Of a DNA stretch of 64,000 nucleotides, positions 40,821-51,083 are shown piece by piece; within the stretch, counting starts at the first letter, position 1; every line of letters starts with the position of its first letter. Under the pieces are notes generated by a model. The model was not told where the DNA came from. It did no database searches and saw nothing but the letters and a program-made list of their open reading frames with translations. The stretch lies in the NCBI GenBank assembly GCA_028023455.1, contig JAQFVV010000005.1, positions 7,378,001 to 7,442,000 on the forward strand, given 5' to 3'. The position numbers were made by a program, and so were the translations under genes. The stretch is from Epiperipatus broadwayi (Eukaryota > Animalia > Onychophora).

Positions 40821-41193
40821 CCAATTATCATATACACCAAATAGTGAAGTTTAGCATGAAATGCTAAAATAGGGCCAGAGACTTTACATTTTGATAAAAG
40901 AAAATTATTTTAATAAATACAAATAATAATAGATGTCAAAAGAGTTTTGAATATGATAGAAGTGAGAATTTTATTATACAATATACCAGTTAAGAATTCA
41001 GTAATTGTAACAATAGCTTTATATCATATTTTATCTAAACTTCAATTAATTAATGCCAAATAAAAATGTACATTAACAAGAAAATACATACACTAATCAA
41101 AAACATTAAATATTTATGCAATTTCTTATTTAAAACACAATTAAAACTAAGTAATAATATTAAAATGCTCTATAATTCTAATATTTAAAAAAA

Positions 41194-42180
41194 TCACATC
41201 ATCTCCATTTCATATGCTTACACATGCTGTTAATAAGAGTATCAAACTCTCCATATAGTAGTGCCACCAAGTGGAAGTCACTGTATGAAGAGTTTGGTAC
41301 TCTTATTAATAGCATGTGTAAGCATAAGAAATGGTGATCATATGATGATTTGGTTCCATACCTATCCTGGCCATAGTATAATGGTGATTGTGGTTTTTTA
41401 AAAACCAAAGATACCAAAATGTATAGATGCTGAACTGAGTTCAGATTTATACGACTAACAAATGAATAAAATTGGGTTTGAAACATTATGTTGTTTTTAT
41501 CTTGAGCTCCTAGCTTTATAATTAACCAGATTGGAGGGTTGCATTGGATCTTAAGATTTAGGTGCAGTGCTACCAAATCCAAGGCTCCTCACAGATGAAA
41601 GCCACAAGCTAGAAACTAGTCTGGAGATGTTTGATGATTAGGCACTAGATAGGGATTTTATGCACAAACCTTCCTGCATGCATTGATTATGAAGGCTTGC
41701 ACTTGGTAGCACTATTGTATGGAGAGTTTAATACCCTTATCAACAGCATGGATGTGCATATGAAATGTTGTTCATATGATGTTTTATTAGATAACCTGTG
41801 AATAAGTTAATGGTGACTGGTTTTTGACAACCAAGAACACAAAAAGTATAGATTCTGAACTGAGTTCAGAATTATATGACTTTACAAGCGAATGAACTTG
41901 GGTTGAAAACATTATAGTGTTTTTATCTTGGGCTCCTAGATTTGTAGTTAACCAAATAGGTAAAAGGTAGCTGCTGGAGGGTTGAATTTGATCTTAAGTT
42001 CAAGGTGCAGGGCTATCAAATCCAAGGTTCCTCACTGATGAAAGCCACAAGCTAGAAACTAGTCTGGAGATGTTGGATGAGTAAACATTAAATAGGGATT
42101 TTATGGACAAACCTTCCTGTATCCATTGATTATGAAAGCTTGCACTTCATGACATTACTTTATGGAGAGTTTGATACTCA
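41194..42180. mobile_element. Family B hammerhead repeat, older: short minus arm + tandem dimer (443-bp period)
   Basis: Ribozyme copies at 41586-41627 (core CAGAUGA) and 42029-42070 (CUGAUGA-AAGC CACAA GCUA-GAAA CUAG UC); approximate TSD ATATT(T)AAAAAAA. Confidence 0.85.
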
Positions 42181-42881
42181 TATTAAAAAAAGTTGATTAA
42201 TGACCTTGACAAATTAAAATACCCAGATAACTTTGGTTATCAACTTTTCCAAATCTTTGAGATAAAATAGAAAAAAATGTATACATACTGTTTTATTACA
42301 CTCTTTTGATTACTTTTGCTTATTCAATTTAGTATTCAAGATGCTTAGAGTTTTTCTCTTTCTTGACAAGTGTTTTCATTCTGCACAGGGTCCTTTTCTT
42401 TTTGAAATACAAAATTAATTAGTTTTAGAAATTACTTAAACTATGATTATCCAACATAAAAGTTCAATTTTTGCTTTCCTCTTCGAAATTTTAACTTTCT
42501 CTCTTTAGTTTATATAATTTTCTATTCTATACTTAATAACTGAAAATAATTATCTGTTGTTGGATCAGTTATATTTATAGGTAAGAAAGACATTACAAAC
42601 TAAACCTGGTTCCTTAGTAGGTTTAATGGGCTTTTATTGACAAGGTTTCAAAAGAATTCCATCTAAGTAAGTTTCAAGATAAGCATAAATCCTGATGGAT
42701 AGGGACAACTGGTACACTTGTTTCAGTCTAGTGCTTCATCTTTAAATTTCCACTAATATAGTGAAGTTCTTCCATAATGGAATGCTTTTATGATGACTGA
42801 TTAAACTATTTTATAGACTCTAGCTATTCAATTGCAGAATAAAGTTTAACTTGTTGTACATTGGTATATTAATATCAATTT

Positions 42882-43098
42882 ACTTAATTCTAAGAAATAA
42901 TACTCCTTTATGTTGTTTATCTTATAATCAATGAAATATAATATAAATCTTTATTATATAATAATAACAACTTGTAAATACATCACAGAAAAATTATATA
43001 TATATAAAAGCCTTTTTTGGTAATTATATATAATTTTTCTGTGATGTATTTACAAGTTGTTATTATTATATAATAAAGATTTATATTATATTTCATTG
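42882..43098. mobile_element. AT-rich asymmetric inverted insertion with 14-bp TSD and no ribozyme
   Basis: Perfect ~75-bp arms at ~42927-43002 and ~43026-43100; ATTAATATCAATTT at 42868-42881 and 43099-43112. Confidence 0.8.
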
Positions 43099-43894
43099 AT
43101 TAATATCAATTTGCATGGGCTGTAATGCAACTGCTTTCAAATCATCGATCTGATATGCTTTTTTGAAAGTATGGCTTAAATACTTTTCTCAGCCTATGAT
43201 ACTCTAAAATCAAAGAAATATATTTTTTAAAAAGCAGGTAATTTTACAGCACCTGGTATTATTTAAAAGTTAATCACTTAATTACAACCCATTAAATTAA
43301 TTATAATTTCTTAAATTACAAATCTAAAATCATAAATTTGTAAACAAGACAACCTTACAACAAAGCAAAATATGATGTTCACTTCCAAATATTACATTAT
43401 TTAACTTTCATTTTACTTTAATAAAGAAAATTCTCATTTACATTGTAGAACTACAAAAGTTTATTTAATTTTTGATTTTAAATAATTTATAGTATTGTCA
43501 AATTATTGCTCAATAATGCCATTTAATTTTTATTTTCAAATAATTATATACTGTACATATATTTTGTCTGTGATCATTACTTTTCCTTTTTAAATATATA
43601 TATATGTGCACACTTTATATTATAGCATGAGACAAATGTATCTCAAAATATATTTTGAGATACAAATAAAATAAATTGTTACTTTCCATCTAGATATTTA
43701 TTTAACTGCTATGGAAGAACCTGAGCAATAACTCTTGACATCGTTGGTTATAATTTTCCATTGTTTTAAACACAATACAGGTCTTCAAATAATCTTAAGA
43801 TATGATTGTTTCAATAAATATATTAATCATCTTGAATACTCTATTTCTCATAATTCTTTGTGATCATTCATTATGAGTTGACGCTAGGAGATGG

Positions 43895-43936
43895 AAAGTT
43901 CTGAAGAAGATTGCCCACAATCGAAACTGGAAAAAA
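43895..43936 (+). ncRNA. Degenerate PLE-type hammerhead relic
   Basis: CUGAAGA-A-GAUUG CCCA CAAUC-GAAA CUGG; U16.1 and helix I lost. Confidence 0.4.
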
Positions 43937-45659
43937 GGGTGGTAAATAAAACATTGTGTAACAGTAATAAAGTGAATGGACAATTTAGTATTATATGGTA
44001 TTCATCTATAACTTAGTTCATTTAAAATTATATACATGGAAATAATAGTAAATTACAACTAGAATGTTAAGGCACAATACTCTATTGTCTTTCCAAGATA
44101 AATTAAATACATATATGTAAATAATTTATTTTGTATATAAGTAGTATATCTGATAGTAATCCATAATTAACTAAATCTCAACTACCAATTTTAAAAAAAT
44201 TAGTCAAATTTTATTGGTAAATGGATATCTATATAATCTGGATTGGTGACCTGAATATTAATGAACTGATCGTGATATAAAAACATGACAATAATGATAT
44301 AGACTTTGCAAGTGATGTACATATATATATATATTGTACCAATATCGTAGCGGTACATATATATTAATTTTTGGCTAAAAAGTATTAAAATAAAATTATC
44401 ATAAATAACGCGATGGTTAATAAATCAATAAATAAATTTATAAAAATCTAGAGAGTTTTTTCTATTATTAGTAGTTTGAAATAAAAGTACAAGTAATTAA
44501 TTAGAAGGGGAAGGAAGATTAACTCAACAATTTTAGAAAGTAAATAAAAGTTATAAGTTATGACCGTTCAAGAATAAATCTCTCTCTTCGTTTAAAACAT
44601 TAAAGAAAAAAAAGGGCAATTTGCTAAAAACAATTAATTCATAGTTTTACGGGAAAAAATTAGTTGAATTTCAAATAATTAAAAATACCTCATCATTTAA
44701 ATTAAAGAAAAAAAGGGAAGATCTTTTCCCGTCATTTAAAAATATATATATATGTGTGTAATAACGATTGTAAACATAGCAAAATGTGTGCGTGTTGATA
44801 AAATGAAATAAGAAAGTTAAAAAATTAAACAACAAATTTGTAATGGCTATGAAATTAAAAACAACAAGTTTGCAATGACCACTAATTAAAAGAACTCAAA
44901 CAACAGGATTAAAAGCTTATCTAAGGAATTTCAACAACAAATATAGCTGAAGGACACCAAAATGACAACAGGATATTCAATCAGTTCAGTTCAGTCAATT
45001 AATCAGATCAGTCTATTATGCATCCAGAATCAATCATGCATTGTTAATCATCATCAGAAACATATGACTTTGCTCCAGTCTGAGTCTGATGAAACAGCCA
45101 ACCTGCCCGGGAAAATAATGCCTGCCTAACAACTTGAAAATACGCTTTCAATATCTGTCTTAAAGAAAAATGCCTCGGAACACTTAGCATTAAACCTCCT
45201 CAAAAAAAAACTTCACATCCAACCGGTTGGACAGATTTTAAATTGAAGCACAACCAGCAAGAAGTCAACGTTCAAATCCTAGGTAATAAGTAACTTTTAG
45301 TATTTCCATTTCTAGTTAAAGTAGCCATTGCAATAATTTGAAGTCTCCCAGAGTCAATTAATAATGAACTCTATAGCATGCATAAAAAACTATTGATGTG
45401 CATGTTTTGAAATGTCGTGTATGTGAATACTCTATTATATTGATTTCATGTATTCATTTAAGTGTCATGTATTATTTAATGCCTATGTTCTGTTCTAGTT
45501 TATTATATGAATTCAGAGTATGTGCATAGTTAGTATATGTAATTATCATTGTCTAAATTAATTAAGTTCTTATAAAAGTATTTAAAAATTACAATAATAA
45601 ATATCTAGTTAAATAAATTATCTTTAAGCTTAATTTTGTCAGTCAATTCTTTTTACCAC

Positions 45660-45930
45660 TAATTAAGGCAATAATTACTTTTGATTGAGCTAGTCATGGG
45701 ATATTTTGAGCACTGGATTATGGGCCTACTGTCAAACACATTAGTTCTCATAACTAGCTGGTGCCTGATGTTTACCTCAAAACAAATAAAGTGCTTGGAT
45801 AGTAGGGGTTTGAATCTAGCAGTCAAGGTGGGCCCCGGTCTGGAAATGTGGTCTTTTATGCATTGCATAGGTTAGTCTGACTGTGGGTATCATTTATTGA
45901 TGGTATTCTCCTTTCTGCTTGAAGGACCAG
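45660..45930 (-). pseudogene. Possible Penelope-like RT N-terminal fragment
   Basis: ..IKDH..(insert)..DSRPIIQCSKYPM resembles the PLE KxHK...LRPIIS motif pair. Confidence 0.35.
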
Positions 45931-46029
45931 TCTGTTCATGTAATATTTATAATATAAAAATTATAAATTTATGATAAATAAGGTTTGAACCCAGCTAAAC
46001 CTACAAATAGAGTATATTGGATCATTCTA

Positions 46030-46750
46030 TTCGAATGCACCTGGTACAATATATATAGCATCTATAGCTTCAGTAGTGGTTTACTTTCCATAATGGTAAT
46101 ATAATGCAGACTTCATCAATGATACAGGCATCATATACCTTTAGCTTCTAGGTTCATAGTTAGACTTTATACAATAGTAAAATGATAAACTTATTAATGA
46201 TGCAAATGCAATGCACCTAACTAATGGTTTATTCCACATGGTAAGATAATAATCTTCACTAGTAATTTTCCAGGACATGTTTTACTTTACTTGATGAATG
46301 ATGCAGATCCATGTTTTATTTTACATGATGGTAATATGAAGCAGGCTAGACTAGTAAAGCATGTAGCAAAATATATAGCATCTGTGCCCAAGATTTTATA
46401 TAATCACAATATAATGTAAACTGGTGTAGACAGCATATACTTATAGCTTCTAGGTCCATGTTTTGGTTTACATAATAGTAATATGAAGCAGGCTTTAGTG
46501 ATACATGTAATATTTATATAAAGTCTCAGTACTGAAGGTTAACACTGATACAAACTGGTGCAGATAGAATACACTTATAGCCTCTAGGATAATGGTTTAC
46601 TTTACATAATAAAAATATGATGCAGGCATCATATGTGATCTACTTAATATATATCTATAATCTCTAAGTCAGTAGTTTACATGATGATAATATAATTCAG
46701 AATTCACTAGTAATTCAGAAATCATATATCTATAATCTCTGGTCCCATTG
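46030..46750. repeat. Degenerate tandem repeat (irregular units)
   Basis: Recurrent TATAGCTTCTAGG, TTTACATAATAGTAATAT(G)A.GCAG and AAACTGGTG motifs. Confidence 0.6.
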
Positions 46751-48260
46751 TATACTTGTACCTTTATTTTTCCACAATCTTTTGGAATATTTTTATATTC
46801 ATTTGTAATGTTATCAAAACATTTAATTAACAAATTAAAATTTTCTTTACTTTGTAATAGTGGATTTCTTCTGTCTTTTTTATTCTCAGTTTTTTTAAAT
46901 AAAGTTTTTTCTAAAAGTGTATTATTACTACAATTTCTATTTAATTTAAACTTTTTTAAATTTGTAATACTTTTGAATTGAGAATTAAAACTTCTATTTC
47001 TCTTACTGTGACTTTCTTCCCCTTTTATCTCTCAATTCTATTCATCAGATCAACTTCTATTTTTATTTCCAAAAGTTTTTAGCATGTTGTACATAAATTT
47101 TAATTTAATATTAATTTCTTATTTATCTCCATTTTTGCTTTTTCATTTCTTTCATTTATTTTTTGCTTTTAACTCTTTTTCTTTCATATCAAATATATTT
47201 TTTTAAATTTCCATTAATTTTTATTTTCTTCAACAATCAAATCAGCAACAACATATCTAACTATATATTACAATGCTAAGTCTTATGTCAATAAAAAATT
47301 AAAAGTTAATAACTAAAAATAGTTTGGACAGACTATTGATATAGATTGAAACATAATAGGCAAAATTACTTAAACCCCAGAATGAGTGCTTTTTGGTAAA
47401 ATTAACTAGCAAACTAAAAGTAAGAAATACCTATGTTAGGCAACAAAAGTTAATAAATATGTTTTACCCATGCTTTTTTTTTCTGATTTGACACATAGAC
47501 TTACTAAAAATGCATTAGAATAATTAAACAGTAAACTATGAAAAGATGTATGCAATAACTAACAAAAAAAGAAATACATATATAAGAAAACAATACATAT
47601 TTTTGACACCATTGAAAAAAATGAAGGGATTGAAATGAAGCTTGACTGAATATACTATTGTTATAAAATGTCTAGAAAATAATCACAAGAGAAATGGATA
47701 AAGAAGTTGAATGTAATGATGAGAAAAAATCTTTGGATGAAAGACCTTCATCATGCTGTGAATTGGTAATGATTAAAAATAAATTTTTTTAATGTATTAT
47801 ATTAATTTCGATTTCATTTCTCCAAATTTTGTATTTTCTAAATTAAATTTATTATTTATATTTCAGTGAATATTTTTTTTTTACTTTATTCCAATTTATT
47901 TTATCTTATATCTGCTTGCACTTGGAATTGCTTTTTTGCCTATTTTAAAAATTATTTCACTTTCCTTCTGAAAATATTAAGTGTTTGGTTTGTTTCATTT
48001 TTTAGAAATGCAAGACCTGATTTAAAAAAAAAAACAACTTTAAGAAACTTATATTTTCATTAATACCTTGTGAAATCTCAGCTTGTGAAATTATTTTTGA
48101 CATGCTAACATGGTATTTATTAATATAATACTTTGTGTGATTAAATGGAGTGGCAGAATCTGGAGTGTAAAATCAATGGATTGATTTCAGTTTTGGCACT
48201 TCCTGTGCTCAAACTTGTTATGAACTCTCAAGCAATAAAACCATTTTATTATTACTATTA

Positions 48261-48573
48261 AACCATTAAGTATCACATGATCACTATCTTATACTAGCAC
48301 ATAATTGTTTATAAACAAAGCAAAACTCTCCATACAGTATTGCCACCCTGTGCCAATCAGAGTAATCAATGAATGCCAGAAGACTTGTGCATAAAATCCC
48401 TATCTAATGCCTACTCATCCAATATCCCCTGACGATGGCCACAAGCCAGAAACTAGTCTGGGGATATTGGACGAGTAGGCATTAGATAGGGATTTTATGC
48501 ACAAGCCTTCTGGCATTCATTGATTACTCTGGTTGGCACAGGGTGGCAATACTGTATGGAGAGTTTTGCTTTG
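48261..48573. mobile_element. Family B short inverted insertion with the hammerhead at the hairpin apex; TSD up to 17 bp
   Basis: TTTTATTATTACTATTA at 48244-48260 and 48574-48590; arms meet at ~48429. Confidence 0.9.
48421..48470 (+). ncRNA. Hammerhead ribozyme, family B
   Basis: CUGACGA-UGGC CACAA GCCA-GAAA CUAG UC|UGGGGAUAUUGG; helix I is supplied by the inverted arm, with one unpaired U. Confidence 0.7.
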
Positions 48574-48989
48574 TTTTATTATTACTATTATTAGTATAAT
48601 GTTTTCACCTGGTTATATTTCTTATTCTATAGTGAAATATAAACTGAATATTCCTTAGTCTTCTCTAAAAAAAACCTTCATAAAAAAGAGCTGTACTTTT
48701 TTTTCATACTAGACATTTCCAGGTTTCAAACATTTTATGAACTGTTTACCAATAAAGCTATTTGATTATTATTAGTGTAATGCTGATTATATTTCTTGTT
48801 CTAATTTTAAAATATTAACTCAATTCTCACTTTATTTACCTTTTCTAGAAAACCTTCATAAGGAAGATTTGTACTTTTTTTTTTCTGCATTATGCTTCTG
48901 TTAGTTTTTTTTTTTTTTAATGTGTTATTGGTAATGTCTTATTAGTAATTTTTTATAATGATAATAAATATTTATAGGATGATGTTGAT

Positions 48990-49420
48990 TACCATTGATT
49001 ATTGTTGTGTCAACAGCAAACACATTCAATCTGGTGAAAGAAATCAATTATAAATACCTGCTATACATCTTGATAGAAAATTTATGAATAGGTCGAATGC
49101 CATTCATATGATTGCCTAGAGACAATATTATCAGTACTTGTTCCATAAAGCCAACTACAGGAGTAAGGGATTTGGATCGAAAATCATCCTGACATGTTTG
49201 AGTGATATGATTCCTATGTGGCCGAGTGCTAAAAATTCCAAATCGATTTTGTAATCATTAATTGATCTCCATATAATTGCAGGGATAAAAATTGTTTATA
49301 ATCTATTCAGGGTCATGCAATCAGTTGGCAACTGAATATATAATGCATGAGTATCGTAGCACCTCACTGAGTAAGCCAGTAGCAGAAACTAATCTGGGGT
49401 TGGGGATATTCTGCAAAGCT
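48990..49420 (+). mobile_element. Relic family E repeat with degenerate hammerhead at 49362-49399 (left boundary approximate)
   Basis: CCUCA-CUGAGUA-AGC CAGUA GCA-GAAA CUAA UC|UGGGG; 49290-49345 matches the arms of the 56020-56116 hairpin. Confidence 0.45.
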
Positions 49421-49610
49421 TGTTAAGAACTTATTTGTGAGCTCTCTCTCTCTATGTATATATATATGAAAAACAAAAATGCAAGTTAAAAAACTTGCTA
49501 ACGCTTGTATTTATGTCCACAGATGGCGTTCTACCAAAAACACCGATCAAGCGTATGTTTTGTTTACATAAACGTCAGAGTAGTATTCACTATCTCTAAC
49601 TATAATTCCA

Positions 49611-49654
49611 CTTTCAGATCATGATTTCAAGCTATTTGCTATCATCAGTGAAAG
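49611..49654 (-). ncRNA. Minimal hammerhead ribozyme, family C (second minus copy 50016-50059)
   Basis: Reverse complement of CUUUCA-CUGAUGA-UAGC AAAUA GCUU-GAAA UCAUGA UC|UGAAAG. Confidence 0.8.
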
Positions 49655-50526
49655 ACAGGAATAAAGAAACTAGATCTAAACACAAACTCTGAGCGTTTAT
49701 GAAACAATTTCTATTCAGCTGACAAGCGTGAATTTTTTAGACATGTAATGTCTTCAAACTCAGCATAGCAAACCAGATAGCTATATGGGTCTGATCTCAG
49801 TTCAGCATCACCACATAGTAGAAGCCTCTGCAATCTATATCATTGCAAGAAAGACCTCAAAGGTACATTTATGAAAAACAAAAATGCAAGTTAAAAAACT
49901 TGCTAACGCTTGTATTTATGTCCACAGATGGCGTTCTACCAAAAACACCGATCAAGCGTATGTTTTGTTTACATAAACGTCAGAGTAGTATTCACTATCT
50001 CTAACTATAATTCCACTTTCAGATCATGATTTCAAGCTATTTGCTATCATCAGTGAAAGACAGGAATAAAGAAACTAGATCTAAACACAAACTCTGAGCG
50101 TTTATGAAACAATTTCTATTCAGCTTGCAAGCGTGAATTTTTTAGACACGTAATGTCTTCAAACTCAGCATAGCAAACCAGATAGCTATATGGGTCTGAT
50201 CTCAGTTCAGCATCACCACATACGCTTGATCGGTGTTTTTGGTAGAACGCCATCTGTGGACATAAATACAAGCGTTAGCAAGTTTTTTAATTTGCATTTT
50301 TGTTTTTCATAAATGTACCTTTGAGGTCTTTCTTGCAATGATATAGATTGCAGAGGCTTCTACTATGTGGTGATGCTGAACTGAGATCAGACCCATATAG
50401 CTATCTGGTTTGCTATGCTGAGTTTGAAGACATTACGTGTCTAAAAAATTCACGCTTGCAAGCTGAATAGAAATTGTTTCATAAACGCTCAGAGTTTGTG
50501 TTTAGATCTAGTTTCTTTATTCCTGT

Positions 50527-50570
50527 CTTTCACTGATGATAGCAAATAGCTTGAAATCATGATCTGAAAG
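50527..50570 (+). ncRNA. Minimal hammerhead ribozyme, family C (second plus copy 50932-50975)
   Basis: 6-bp helix I CUUUCA/UGAAAG, palindromic helix III AUCAUGAU, AUC triplet; predicted cut after 50564. Confidence 0.82.
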
Positions 50571-51083
50571 TGGAATTATAGTTAGAGATAGTGAATACTA
50601 CTCTGACGTTTATGTAAACAAAACATACGCTTGATCGGTGTTTTTGGTAGAACGCCATCTGTGGACATAAATACAAGCGTTAGCAAGTTTTTTAACTTGC
50701 ATTTTTGTTTTTCATAAATGTACCTTTGAGGTCTTTCTTGCAATGATATAGATTGCAGAGGTTTCTACTATGTGATGATGCTGAACTGAGATCAGACCCA
50801 TATAGCTATCTGGTTTGCTATGCTGAGTTTGAAGACATTACGTGTCTAAAACATTCACGCTTGCAAGCTGAATAGAAATTGTTTCATAAACGCTCAGAGT
50901 TTGTGTTTAGATCTAGTTTCTTTATTCCTGTCTTTCACTGATGATAGCAAATAGCTTGAAATCATGATCTGAAAGTGGAATTATAGTTAGAGATAGTGAA
51001 TACTACTCTGACGTTTATGTAAACAAATCATACGCTTGATCGGTGTTTTTGGTAGAACGCCATCTGTGGATATATATATATAT

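Larger units (their letters stand above)
49467..51070. mobile_element. Family C hammerhead repeat: ~1.9 units inverted against ~2.1 units, 405-bp period, inserted in a (TA)n tract
   Basis: Near-identical units (49468/49873; 50221/50626/51031); junction at ~50220 with CATA microhomology; TA runs on both flanks. Confidence 0.92.

Noticed and set aside
49515-49535. CTCF/YY1-like AGATGGCG in family C and GCACTAGATGG in family B
   Set aside because: Short partial matches with no supporting evidence; expected by chance.
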